A stretch of DNA of 64,000 nucleotides from an uncultured Pseudomonadota bacterium (GCA_963837965.1 CAWIPY010000004.1:175335-239334); one strand, 5' to 3'; shown: positions 20,656 through 30,542, counted from the first letter of the stretch. The notes: generated by a model from the letters alone, not told the origin. Program-made: numbers and translations.

Positions 20656-21369
20656 TTAAATTCCCAAATAAGCGGATTGCACCGAAGGATCCTGAGCAAG
20701 CGAGGTGCTCGCGGCACTCTGCACGATTCTTCCTTCGGTAATGACGTATCCCCAGTCGGCTGTTTGTAAGGCCATATTGGCGTTCTGTTCTGCGATCAGT
20801 ATCGTCATGCCTTCCTTGTTCAGACGCCGGATGGTGGCGAAAATGTCTTGTACGACGCGCGGCGCCAAGCCCATGGACGGTTCGTCGAGCAGCAATAACT
20901 GCGGCTTCGCCATCAAAGCCCGGCCGATCGCCAGCATCTGCTGTTCGCCGCCCGACAGCAGTCCAGCGGACTGCTTTTCTCTCTCACGAAGACGCGGGAA
21001 AAGGTCGAATACCATTTCCAAATCGCGGGGCACCTTTGGGTCGCGCCGCGGCCAAAGCCGCCGAAATGCGCCCATTTCGAGGTTCTCACGTACGCTCATC
21101 GGCGCAAAAATGCGCCGGCCTTCGGGAACGAGGGTCATGCCATGATCGAGCCGCGTTGACGCGGACGCGGAAGCAATTTCATTGTTGTTTACGCGGATGC
21201 TGCCGGTGCTTGCTCGCAGCAAGCCGGCCAGACAGCGCATAAAGGTCGTCTTGCCGGCACCGTTGGCGCCGATCAAACAGACGCATTGGCCCGCGTCTAC
21301 ACGCAAAGAGAGGTCATGCAGCACTTGAACGCTGCCATAGCCGGCATTCAGCGCGTCGACCTCAAGCAT
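20656..21369 (-). CDS. Branched-chain-type ABC transporter ATPase (LivF-like)
   Basis: GANGAGKT, LSGGEQQ and LLLDEPS motifs. Confidence 0.93.
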   Translation of the reverse strand: MLEVDALNAGYGSVQVLHDLSLRVDAGQCVCLIGANGAGKTTFMRCLAGLLRASTGSIRVNNNEIASASASTRLDHGMTLVPEGRRIFAPMSVRENLEMGAFRRLWPRRDPKVPRDLEMVFDLFPRLREREKQSAGLLSGGEQQMLAIGRALMAKPQLLLLDEPSMGLAPRVVQDIFATIRRLNKEGMTILIAEQNANMALQTADWGYVITEGRIVQSAASTSLAQDPSVQSAYLGI

Positions 21370-22135
21370 GTTTGGTCTCGCCCAAATACGCGGTTATGAC
21401 GTCCGGATTGCGCCGAACTTCCTCGGCTGAACCCTGGGCAATGCGCCAACCGTTGTTGAGCACTAAAATATCGTGCGAAAGCGACATGACCATGCGCATG
21501 TTATGCTCGACCAATAGCACCGTCATGCCGCTTCGGTTGAGCTCTGAAATTGTCTTGCCGACTTGCTCGGCCTCCTGTTGCGGCAGGCCCGCGGCCGGCT
21601 CGTCAAGCAGTAAGAGCGTTGGCTCGCATGCGAGAGCGCGTGCCAGCTCCAGCAATTTCATTTGCCCGAAGCTGAGATCGTTCGCCAGAACGGAGGCCTT
21701 TTCGATGAGACCGAATCGCTCCAAGAGGTGCATGGCCGAGTCAGTCATCGCGCGCTCCTCTGCACGAGACTTCGGGCCACGCAGGACCGTTGCGATCACG
21801 CCCGTCCTGCCGTGCAGGTGACGTCCCACCATCACGTTTTCGAGAACTGTCAATTCGCGAAATATCTGCAAATTTTGGAACGTACGCGCGATACCCAATT
21901 TGGCACGCCGGTGCGTCGGCAGATTGTCGATACGCTGGTTCTCGAACCAGATGGCGCCCGAGGTCGGGCGCGTGACGCCGGCGATCATGTTAAAAAGCGT
22001 GCTCTTCCCCGCGCCATTCGGGCCGATGACTGCCTTTATCTCGCCGGGCGCGACGCCGAAGCTCAGATCGGCGACGGCGCGGACACCCTCGAACTGGCAA
22101 TTGAGTCCTTCGACCCGCAGCAGAAGGTCGGTCAT
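21362..22135 (-). CDS. Branched-chain-type ABC transporter ATPase (LivG-like)
   Basis: GPNGAGKS, RTFQN, LLLDEPAAG and LVEH motifs; start at MTDLLL. Confidence 0.93.
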   Translation of the reverse strand: MTDLLLRVEGLNCQFEGVRAVADLSFGVAPGEIKAVIGPNGAGKSTLFNMIAGVTRPTSGAIWFENQRIDNLPTHRRAKLGIARTFQNLQIFRELTVLENVMVGRHLHGRTGVIATVLRGPKSRAEERAMTDSAMHLLERFGLIEKASVLANDLSFGQMKLLELARALACEPTLLLLDEPAAGLPQQEAEQVGKTISELNRSGMTVLLVEHNMRMVMSLSHDILVLNNGWRIAQGSAEEVRRNPDVITAYLGETKHA

Positions 22136-23121
22136 CTCGACCTCGCGCGTGCAATTCGCCCACGAATCGCTGCCGGTACACCGGCTAACCCGGAGGGTAG
22201 CATAATCAGCACGATCAGCATCGCCAGACCGAACAGCATCAGTTCCGCATCTTCGTACTGAAGCAGCAGTTGAGGGACCGCCGTATAAATCAGGGCGCCG
22301 AGCAATGGTCCCCAAAATGTGCCGCTGCCGCCGATCGCGACCATAACAACCAACAAGATCGAATTGGATACGCTGAACGTTTCGGGCGACGCGAACTGAT
22401 TTATATGAACGTAAAGACTACCCGCAAAACCGGCCATTCCGGCCGTCAGGACGAAGACGAGGAGTTTCGTGCGGAAACTGTCCACGCCAACGGCGTCAGC
22501 GCCCAATTCGTTCGTTGCGACAGCCCGCAAGGCCCGGCCCGTCCTTGAGTGCAACAGGTTCAGGATAACTACCATCGCGAAATATGATGCCAGCCACACG
22601 ACCGGAAACTGACTGAGATCGGTATTCAGCGCGAAGCCGGCGACGGAAAATGGGTTTACTCCCAACAAACCGTTCGGACCGCCGGTGACCGAAATCAATC
22701 TGTTGAAAAATACAACGAGGATCGCGTTCCAGCCGAGGGTGGCCATCGAGAGATACAAACCGCGGAGCCGGAGCGCCGGCATTCCGATCACAAGCGCGGC
22801 TAAGCCGGTGGCCGCCGTTGCGCATGGCAATCCGATCCATGGATTTACGCCAAGCTTTGCATTCAGCGCGCCGCTGACATACGCGCCGAGTCCATAGAAG
22901 CCCGCATGTCCGAGTGAAATCTGGCCACCATAACCCATGAGCAGATTCAGGCTCGCGATCAACATGATGTTTATGAACATCATGTTCGCGAGAGATATGA
23001 AGTAGGCGTTCGGTGCCGCGAGTGGAATGAGGAGGAGTATCAGCCATACCAGGATCAGGCGCAGATGCTCTGTGCGGTTCGTCGGCTTCGGCTTTGGGCG
23101 CGACGAAATTCCCCCTGCCAT
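22132..23121 (-). CDS. Branched-chain-type ABC permease (LivM-like)
   Basis: GYGGQISLGHAGF, LRLRGLYLSMATL and TGRALRAV motifs. Confidence 0.92.
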   Translation of the reverse strand: MAGGISSRPKPKPTNRTEHLRLILVWLILLLIPLAAPNAYFISLANMMFINIMLIASLNLLMGYGGQISLGHAGFYGLGAYVSGALNAKLGVNPWIGLPCATAATGLAALVIGMPALRLRGLYLSMATLGWNAILVVFFNRLISVTGGPNGLLGVNPFSVAGFALNTDLSQFPVVWLASYFAMVVILNLLHSRTGRALRAVATNELGADAVGVDSFRTKLLVFVLTAGMAGFAGSLYVHINQFASPETFSVSNSILLVVMVAIGGSGTFWGPLLGALIYTAVPQLLLQYEDAELMLFGLAMLIVLIMLPSGLAGVPAAIRGRIARARSR

Positions 23122-23197
23122 CTCGACTGACCTGCCATCCGCCGGCGCGGCCGGTCTCGTCCCAGACGAAGTGTTCCAGGGAGCCATCGTCATAGAA

Positions 23198-24079
23198 CTA
23201 TACTTTGACCACATCTGCTCGGCCCAGGAGGCCGGAAGGGCGCGCAAACAGGATGATCAGAAGGACGGCAAAGGCTATCGCGTCTTTAAAGTCGGAAGAA
23301 ATGTAGTAACTGCCGAATGCTTCGAGAAGGCCGAGCGCGATGCCCCCGGCGATCGCGCCCGGAAGACTGCCGATGCCTCCGAGCATCGCCGCACTGAACC
23401 CTTTGAAGCCGAACATCACGCCCTGGTCATATGACGAGAGCGTCAACGGTGTGATGATGGCGCCCGCCAATGCGCCGGCAAATGCTGCAATGGCAAAAGA
23501 GAGCATCACGGTGGTTTCGACGCGCACCCCGACGATCGCCGCGGCGTCGCGGTCCGCGGCGGCCGCACGCAATGCCTTGCCGATTATCGTCCACTCGAAG
23601 AAGACGTGCAGGATGAACAGAAAGGCGAGCGTCAAGCCGACGACCCACAGGGTCTGGCTCTGTACGGTGACGCTGCCAAAGCTGAGCGTGGTCGGCTGAG
23701 AGAAACTCGGATATCCGACAGGCCGCTTGCCGAGCACGAGCATGGTGAGGCTTCGCGTGGAAATCGCGAGGCCGATGCTGACCAGGGTTATCAACAGCGC
23801 GCTGGGCCGCGGGAGCGGCCAAATCACCAATCGCTCCGACAATATGCCGACGGCGGTCACAATCAGAACGGCGGCAACACAGGCAAGCCCGATGCTGTTG
23901 AAGGTAGCAAAAAGCAGCGCCGAGACCATCCCGCCCATAACGACCCATTCGCCCTGCGCAAAGTTCATGGCGCCGGTGCTTTTGAACACGACGTTGAACC
24001 CAAGGGCGATCAGCGCATAAATGCTGCCGCTGCCAATTCCTGCAACAATCAATTGCAGGACAATCGTTCCGGTGTGCAT
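23198..24079 (-). CDS. Branched-chain-type ABC permease (LivH-like)
   Basis: GSIYALIALG, NFAQGE, GKALRA and KGFSAAMLGG motifs. Confidence 0.92.
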   Translation of the reverse strand: MHTGTIVLQLIVAGIGSGSIYALIALGFNVVFKSTGAMNFAQGEWVVMGGMVSALLFATFNSIGLACVAAVLIVTAVGILSERLVIWPLPRPSALLITLVSIGLAISTRSLTMLVLGKRPVGYPSFSQPTTLSFGSVTVQSQTLWVVGLTLAFLFILHVFFEWTIIGKALRAAAADRDAAAIVGVRVETTVMLSFAIAAFAGALAGAIITPLTLSSYDQGVMFGFKGFSAAMLGGIGSLPGAIAGGIALGLLEAFGSYYISSDFKDAIAFAVLLIILFARPSGLLGRADVVKV

Positions 24080-24087
24080 CTGGACCG

Positions 24088-25023
24088 TCAGAATGTTCGC
24101 ATGCGGTTTGTTTCGAACATCGGTAGAACGATGCCGAATTCGGCGAGCTTCGTCCGCGCGTTGGCCACGTAGTTCGCCAAGGTCTCCTCTTCGGCTCTTC
24201 GCGTGGCGCCGCCCAATCCTGCGGCGGCCGTGAGCGCATCGGCCTCGGCCTCGACCGTGGCGTGTTCCGGGGCCAACCAGGGGCAGTGATACCCCTTCAA
24301 CTCCGTTTCGCGGACGTAATCGGTCAGTTCTTCACCGATAAGCGACCGCTCTTCTGCGGTCCAGTGCGGTGCGCGCGACTGAAGGTAGAGCCAGCCGAAC
24401 GCGGCATGGCGCTCCTTGTCTGAGATGATGTGGTCGAGCACCGCCCCGACGGCCGCATTACGGGTCCCTTTGCGCCAGGTCCGGCAAAGCTCGAGCTCAA
24501 GACCATCCTCGAAGGCGCAGAAACTGGCAACGTAGCTGTCGAGATGTTGCTCCGCATCCATGACGCGGCGGTGGAGATTTCGATTGAAGGTGGCTTGATA
24601 GTCGGGATTAGCCGGGCTTTCGATGCGTCCACCGAAAGACTCGGCAATCCTGTCGAAACACTCCACATGCCAGGCTTCTTCGGTATTGCGCACAGTCAGG
24701 TAGAATTTCGAGTCGATTTCCCGGCCGGTCTCCATGCAGAATCGCATTAGCAGTGCCGGCGTTTCGGTCAGGCCCGTGGCTTCCACCCAGAGGCGACGGC
24801 TCCATGTCCGTCGTGCCGCATCGCGCTCTTCCGGGGTGTACCGGTCCGACAGCAACGCGTCCCAGCCGATACTCCGGTGCGGGTTCCAGCGTCCCGCCTT
24901 GCCGCTGTCATAGAGCTGCCGAATCTCGGGCAGCGTTACATTCATTTCCAGGGGGAAGCGCCGCTCCACCAAAAGGCGGAGCGGCGGTAGCGACTCGCCT
25001 CTATTTTCGACCACCGTCGACAC
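24088..25023 (-). CDS. Ferritin-like diiron-fold protein, degenerate paralog (subunit B)
   Basis: VEATG, EEAWH, FEDGLE and DKERH (Lys in place of the second motif Glu); aligns by eye with 25025-25978; GTG start 1 nt after the upstream stop. Confidence 0.8.
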   Translation of the reverse strand: MSTVVENRGESLPPLRLLVERRFPLEMNVTLPEIRQLYDSGKAGRWNPHRSIGWDALLSDRYTPEERDAARRTWSRRLWVEATGLTETPALLMRFCMETGREIDSKFYLTVRNTEEAWHVECFDRIAESFGGRIESPANPDYQATFNRNLHRRVMDAEQHLDSYVASFCAFEDGLELELCRTWRKGTRNAAVGAVLDHIISDKERHAAFGWLYLQSRAPHWTAEERSLIGEELTDYVRETELKGYHCPWLAPEHATVEAEADALTAAAGLGGATRRAEEETLANYVANARTKLAEFGIVLPMFETNRMRTF

Positions 25024-25024
25024 G

Positions 25025-25978
25025 TCAGATCGCCCCAAGCTTAGGATGGCTGAATGGCGGGAGATTGATGCCAAGCGGCTTCATCTGATCTCGAATGCGC
25101 TTCACCGTGGAGATGAAGACGGGCTTTTCGGCTTCTTCGACTGTCGCCCCCAGTCCCGCTTCATAAGTAATGCGGTCGGCTTCGACCTCCGCGAGCGAGG
25201 CCGGATTCTCCGGAGCAAGCCAGCTGCTGTGATAACCGTTGAGCTCGACCTTTTCCATCATCGTAATGACCGAGTTTTCGATCATCTTCTTCTGCTCGGG
25301 CGTCAAGGTTTCGCAGATGGCCTCGAGGAAGTACCAGCCGAAGGCGCAGTGCCGAGACTCGTCGCGCATGATGAAGCGTACGACCTGTTTTGCGACAGGG
25401 TCGCGCGTAACATCCTCAAGATGGCGGAAGACGTCGAAGGCGATTTCTTCGGCAGTACAGACCAGTGCCGCAATGATTCCTTCGAGTGGAACGTCCTCAT
25501 TAAGGGTCGCACGGCGAACGCCGTGCGTCGATACCGACCCCTCGAAAAGCTGCTGCACGGGCTTTTCGATGTAGCCGCCCAGGCGTTCCGCCATTGTATG
25601 GCAGACTTCCGCATGCCGAGCTTCCTCCTGGGAGCGGATCGTGAAGAAGAGCTGCATGTCCGAGGGCCGCTTCTCGATCCCGAACCGAAGCTGCAGGGAC
25701 GGGCTTTCGGAAATCGCCCCGTATTCGCTCCATGCACGCCTGCTCCAGTAAAGACGCGCGGCGTAGCGCTGCTCGTCTGTATAGGCTTCAGGATCGAGTT
25801 GATCCCAATCGACATCGGTCTTGGGATCCCATTGGTTTCGTGTGGCCGCGTGAAAAAGCTCACGAATTCGCGGAAGATCGGAATTGAACGTGAGCGGGAA
25901 GCGACTTTCCGGGCCGTCGAGCAGCGTCTGCACCACCTCGAAGGCCTGCTGTTCCGACATATCGCGCGTCAGCGCCAT
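25025..25978 (-). CDS. Ferritin-like diiron oxygenase-type protein (subunit A)
   Basis: SEYGA, EEARH, AEEIA and DESRH match the E / ExxH / E / ExxH carboxylate-diiron pattern. Confidence 0.82.
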   Translation of the reverse strand: MALTRDMSEQQAFEVVQTLLDGPESRFPLTFNSDLPRIRELFHAATRNQWDPKTDVDWDQLDPEAYTDEQRYAARLYWSRRAWSEYGAISESPSLQLRFGIEKRPSDMQLFFTIRSQEEARHAEVCHTMAERLGGYIEKPVQQLFEGSVSTHGVRRATLNEDVPLEGIIAALVCTAEEIAFDVFRHLEDVTRDPVAKQVVRFIMRDESRHCAFGWYFLEAICETLTPEQKKMIENSVITMMEKVELNGYHSSWLAPENPASLAEVEADRITYEAGLGATVEEAEKPVFISTVKRIRDQMKPLGINLPPFSHPKLGAI

Positions 25979-26005
25979 GACGTTTCTCCAACCAGCTAAG
26001 GTCGA

Positions 26006-27175
26006 TCAGGCATAATCGACCAGGTTAAAGCGGCCATCGCGCCAATTGATCAGCACGATGTCTTTTTTCGACAGCCCCGAATGCTTCTTTGGCGAGAAAT
26101 TGAAGACGCCGCTGACGCCGGCGAAATTCCTGATGCTCTCCAACCCTTGCGGCAGCTTCGACACGTCTCCATTGACCTTGTTGAGGCCTTCGCGGGCGAG
26201 CATGAGCGCGTCGTACAATTCTGCCGCATACACGCTGGCTTGCCGTTTGAAGCGTGCTTGATAGCTGTGGAACAGCTTGAGAATGCCCGTTTTGAGAGGA
26301 TCGCTATCGGGCAACTGGTCGCCAACCGGTAGCTTCAGGCTCGCCAGAAGGAGCGGCTTGGCCGCATCGCCGGCAAGCTTCATGTAGTGGGAGGACACGA
26401 AGCCGTAGCTATGAATGAGCGTCCGCTTATCGAGTCCGAGCTGCTGCGCCTGCTTGAGGAACACGACGCCGGCCGGGGTGACCGTCCAGCAGATGATGAC
26501 GTCGGCGCCACTGTCACGCAGCCTGGTCAATTGAGGCATCATATCCGTGTCGGCAGGTCCGAAGGATTCGTAGACCACGTCAAGATGCCGCCGCGGGGCG
26601 ACTTTGTGCATCTGCGTGACCGCACCCTGTCCGAAGCCGCTGGTATCCGCCAGCAGCGCGATTTTCTTGAACTTCTTCTTGATGCAGTAATCAGCGATGC
26701 GTTCGAGCACGTCTTCGTCGTCGACCGTGCTCTTGAAGACCCATTTTCGCTTTTCAACGGGCGTGACGATCTGCAGCGCACCTTCACTCGAGATGAAAGG
26801 CATTTTCGCTGCTTCCGCCATCGGCGCCATCGCCAGCGCGATGCCGCTCATGTTCCCGCCGCTTACAATGAGGTCGACCTTGTCCTGGCTGATGAGCCGG
26901 CGCGTTTCCGAGATGGCCTTTTGCGTCTGGCTTTCCGCGTCATAATAGGTCCAGGCGATCTTGCGTCCGCCGATTCCGCCGCTCGCATTCACTTGGTCGA
27001 CGGCAAGCTGCAGGCCGGCCTTCATATCTTCGCCCAGAAAGGCCGCCGGGCCGGTAACTGAAAGTACCGAGCCGACATGCAGAGGCTTCGTTGCGGCCCA
27101 CACGCTACGCGCGCCCGTTGTCGCCAGCATTGCCCCAGGAATGAGTTGCAGAAAGCTGCGTCTTGCAAGTGTCAC
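26006..27175 (-). CDS. ABC substrate-binding protein (LivK-like), Tat signal
   Basis: MTLARRSFLQ, SVTGPAAFLG and type I periplasmic binding protein pattern; GTG start. Confidence 0.92.
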   Translation of the reverse strand: MTLARRSFLQLIPGAMLATTGARSVWAATKPLHVGSVLSVTGPAAFLGEDMKAGLQLAVDQVNASGGIGGRKIAWTYYDAESQTQKAISETRRLISQDKVDLIVSGGNMSGIALAMAPMAEAAKMPFISSEGALQIVTPVEKRKWVFKSTVDDEDVLERIADYCIKKKFKKIALLADTSGFGQGAVTQMHKVAPRRHLDVVYESFGPADTDMMPQLTRLRDSGADVIICWTVTPAGVVFLKQAQQLGLDKRTLIHSYGFVSSHYMKLAGDAAKPLLLASLKLPVGDQLPDSDPLKTGILKLFHSYQARFKRQASVYAAELYDALMLAREGLNKVNGDVSKLPQGLESIRNFAGVSGVFNFSPKKHSGLSKKDIVLINWRDGRFNLVDYA

Positions 27176-27242
27176 GATATCCCTCCACCGTTTTTGGACT
27201 CCGAATGGGTCCCGTTTGCGCCTTGGTCACTCCCCGGCAAGT

Positions 27243-28082
27243 TCAGTCGTCGTGTATCCCGCTCGTATCTATCCCGCTCGTATCGACTTGGTTTGTAAGG
27301 CCGCCGTCCTTGCGTGAGAGCGGCACATCGAGCGAATAGCGAACGAGATCGGCGCGGTGCACGGTATGCCCCGCGAGCACCAGTCGTCCGTTCGTATCCC
27401 GGTAACGCAAGGTTCGAATCAAGACGGGCGCGCCGGCCGCAAGATGCAGGTACTCGACTTCTTCCGGTCCTGCGATGCCGGCCTCGATGCCAAAGTCGCC
27501 GCTACGAAGCTCGACACGCTGCCAAAGCAAATGCAACGGCGACCCGAGCGCAGAACTTTCGTCCCAGTCGCTGACCAGATCCGCCGGAATGAGTCGGTAA
27601 TCGATCGCGACGGGCACGCGAGCGGCAGCCCGCATTCGCTTAATGAAAAGGATCGGAGTCCCGAGTTCGAGCTCCAATGCGGTCGCTGTCTGCTTATCGG
27701 CAGGTCTGCGCTCGAAAACCAGGACTGTCGGCTGGATCGGGGTCCCGCTCGCCGCCCATTGGCGCATGAAGTCCATGCTCGGCCCGAACCGCTCCTCCAG
27801 CTTGTGGACGGCGACGAAGGTGCCGAGGCCCCGGCTGCGGGTCAGTAGCCCTTCGCGGACCAGCTCCGACAGCGCCTGCCGGACGGTATCGCGGCTGACA
27901 CAGAAGAAGGCGCACAGCTGTTCATCAGAATAGAAGCGGCGGCCCGGCTGATCCCAGCGCAGGATGATTCCGATAAGTCTTTGTTTTATTTGCGCATATA
28001 GCGGTAACGGCGACGCGCGGTCGAGTGGTGGGGTCGTCCACTCATCGTCCAAACTTGTCAGTTTTTCCGACCGATCAGTCAT
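27243..28082 (-). CDS. GntR (HutC/UTRA) transcriptional regulator
   Basis: PLYAQIKQRL, VSRDTVRQALSEL and RGLGTFV; C-terminal UTRA domain; start uncertain. Confidence 0.9.
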   Translation of the reverse strand: MTDRSEKLTSLDDEWTTPPLDRASPLPLYAQIKQRLIGIILRWDQPGRRFYSDEQLCAFFCVSRDTVRQALSELVREGLLTRSRGLGTFVAVHKLEERFGPSMDFMRQWAASGTPIQPTVLVFERRPADKQTATALELELGTPILFIKRMRAAARVPVAIDYRLIPADLVSDWDESSALGSPLHLLWQRVELRSGDFGIEAGIAGPEEVEYLHLAAGAPVLIRTLRYRDTNGRLVLAGHTVHRADLVRYSLDVPLSRKDGGLTNQVDTSGIDTSGIHDD

Positions 28083-28656
28083 AAGCCGAGGACACAACTG
28101 AGATTGCCTGATTGTCTGCTTAATCATACATTCTGGCAAGCTGTTTTCTCTGGCCGAGGAAAAGAAAATATAGTGTCCGCTTGCGCGGCGGCCTTCGGCG
28201 GATCCGGAAAGACTACAGAAACCGACAAAAAACTGCGTGGACTATTCGCGAAATAGATTTCTGCGTCTCGGTGCGCCGAGATGAATATTGCAGTGAATGA
28301 GCCCGGGACTCGTGCCTTACCAATACTGTTTGAATTTTTCCTTTTGCTTCGGCGCGGTCAGCCGATTGGCGCGTTTTGCTCCACGGATCTGGATCGGCAG
28401 TCGATTTGCCATCGTGCGAACTTCCGTCGAGTTGCGATTGCTGTTGAGCGCCAGCGCGGCAGAGGTCGCCCGCGCTGCGAACGAAGCAATGGCTGCGACA
28501 TTGCAGGCTGCCGAAATGGCAACAAGGTCTTCGCGCAAAGTTCGACGGATTTTCCGGCCCAATATGGGACGCTCGCCCGCGTGGCTCTTATCCAAACGAG
28601 GACACTCGCTCACGTGCAGGCGATGGCGGCTTAACGCTTATTGAAGCGGTCGTTGG

Positions 28657-29160
28657 CTAAGGGCATCGGTAATGTGCGGGGCCATTTATGCAGGTGACAT
28701 CGTCGCCCGGCGCGACAGAATTTGCTAGAGGCTGGTTATGAGCCTCTTCGATATGGTCACGGACCTGATGGGTTTCGTTATCCTTGTCAAAGCGGCCATC
28801 GTCTTGGGCGGCGTCATCATAATAGCGGCAATGGGCATATTGGCTTGGCGGGCCATAGCTCGCCTTCAAAAATAATGTTGTAGGCGAATCAAAATGCGCC
28901 TTACCCGAGAATTTCTTGCTCAAGGCATCCGGCGCTTCAGCCGCGTTAGGGTCTGCCCGACGTCCCGTTTGCCTTCCGGCAAAAGCATCATCCGATAGAA
29001 AACATCATCCCATGTGATCGGGAAGTCCCTTGGCCACAAAGCCGAGCCAAGTGTGGAAATTTTTGAGAATAGCGAAATCGACACCGAGCGGCGGTGACCG
29101 GCGGCGAAGCGTGCGCGAACGTCGGTGTCGTCAGCAAGGGTTTGCCTGACGTGTCGGCTC
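28657..29160 (-). pseudogene. Degraded gene of unknown function
   Basis: Protein-like frame VDFAILKNFHTWLGF...HMG*CFLSDDAF...HNQPLAN...CINGPAHYRCP broken by a TGA at 29005-29007, with an apparent frameshift near 29090. Confidence 0.4.
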
Positions 29161-29293
29161 TCAGCCTGCCGGTCCGCGAATATTCTCTGAGATCGGCGCC
29201 CGAAAGGAATCCTTGTGGTCCGTCTATCGGAACGCGGCTTGCTCATCTGCTCGGCAGATCGGCAAAGTGCCAACCATTCAAGCAATTTGGAGT

Positions 29294-29322
29294 TTGACAG
29301 TAGATCGCGCCCGCCTCATGCT
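29294..29322 (+). promoter_or_regulatory. Putative sigma70 promoter of amiCR
   Basis: TTGACA-N17-CATGCT. Confidence 0.55.
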
Positions 29323-29375
29323 ACTTATGGACTTTGGCCGGGGTCCGAATCCAGAGTTCGAAGCAGGGGCCAGCC

Positions 29376-30527
29376 ATGAATCCGAAATCACCGGCAAATA
29401 CGAGCGAGCCGTGGCGCGTTGGCGTTCTCTTCTCCCGCACCGGCTTCATGGCGATCATCGAAGAAACGCAAGTCCATGGCACGTTGATCGCAATCGAAGA
29501 AATCAACGAGCGTGGCGGCATCAATGGCCGCGAACTCGTTCCGGTCATTTACGATCCCGCTTCCGAGAATGCGCTGTTTAGGGCTTATGCGAAGCGCATG
29601 ATCGTTGAAGATCAGCTTTCGACAATCTTTGGTTGCTACACGTCCAGCAGCCGCAAAGCCGTCTTGCCGATCGTCGAGCGGCTGAACTGCCTGCTCTGGT
29701 ATCCGACCCTCTACGAGGGCTTCGAATACTCCCCCAATGTCATCTATACCGGCGCCGCGCCAAACCAGAACAGCGTTTCCCTCTGCCAATTTCTCACCGA
29801 GAAATACGGGAACCGCTTCTACCTTATCGGTTCCGACTACGTATATCCGCGCGAGTCGAACCGGGTGATGCGCGAACTCCTGAACAAACGCGGCGGCCAA
29901 GTCGTCGGTGAGCGCTATGTCGGCCTGCGGGCGTCGCGACGAGACTTCGTCCCGGTCCTCAACGAGATCCGCGAGCTTTCGCCCGACGTCATCTTCTCCA
30001 CGGTCGTGGGCGAAGCCACCATCTACCTCTACCAGGCCTATGCCGATTTCGGGTTCGATCCGCGCAACATGCCGATTGCGAGCCTGACCACTACGGAGAC
30101 CGAAATCCGCGCCATGGGGTCGGACGTGGGCGAGGGCCATATCACGGCGGCGCCTTATTTCGAGGGCTTGCCCGGAGCGGCCAACGACGCCTTTGTGAAG
30201 CGCTACAAGCGCCGCTTTGGCGACGACCAGTCCACCAATATGTGCGTGGAAGCGGCGTATTTTCAGGTCCATCTGTTTGCACGCGCGCTGGAACTCGCCA
30301 ACTCGCTGGATCCGGAGATTCTGCGGCCCATGGTTCTCGGCTCCAGCTTGGAGGCGCCCCAGGGCACTGTTTCGATCGACGCGGGGTGCAGCCATGCCAA
30401 TCTCTGGAGTCGCATCGGCCGGGCAAACGGTCGCGGCCAATTCGACCTGCTGCAGGAATCGTCTTCCCTGGTGCCGCCCGATCCGTTCCTGACCGGAACC
30501 GGCTTCGGCCGGCTGGTCCCAGCGTAA
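29376..30527 (+). CDS. amiC: Cytoplasmic amide sensor AmiC
   Basis: Periplasmic-binding fold without signal peptide; GCYTSSSRKAVLP and YPTLYEG motifs; adjacent to an ANTAR regulator. Confidence 0.88.
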   Translation: MNPKSPANTSEPWRVGVLFSRTGFMAIIEETQVHGTLIAIEEINERGGINGRELVPVIYDPASENALFRAYAKRMIVEDQLSTIFGCYTSSSRKAVLPIVERLNCLLWYPTLYEGFEYSPNVIYTGAAPNQNSVSLCQFLTEKYGNRFYLIGSDYVYPRESNRVMRELLNKRGGQVVGERYVGLRASRRDFVPVLNEIRELSPDVIFSTVVGEATIYLYQAYADFGFDPRNMPIASLTTTETEIRAMGSDVGEGHITAAPYFEGLPGAANDAFVKRYKRRFGDDQSTNMCVEAAYFQVHLFARALELANSLDPEILRPMVLGSSLEAPQGTVSIDAGCSHANLWSRIGRANGRGQFDLLQESSSLVPPDPFLTGTGFGRLVPA

Positions 30528-30542
30528 CGGGAGCGCGCAGCG

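Noticed and set aside
24088-25978. Ferritin-like genes as iron-storage ferritin, encapsulin cargo or ribonucleotide reductase beta
   Set aside because: About 310 aa is too long for ferritin/bacterioferritin, no encapsulin or nrdA/E is adjacent, and the context is catabolic
28281-28644. Short overlapping ORFs (28281-28634, 28297-28644, 28317-28613)
   Set aside because: No motif, RBS or coding-like composition supports any frame
29005-29007. In-frame TGA as selenocysteine recoding
   Set aside because: No SECIS-like hairpin recognised, the context suggests Trp, and a nearby frameshift favours decay
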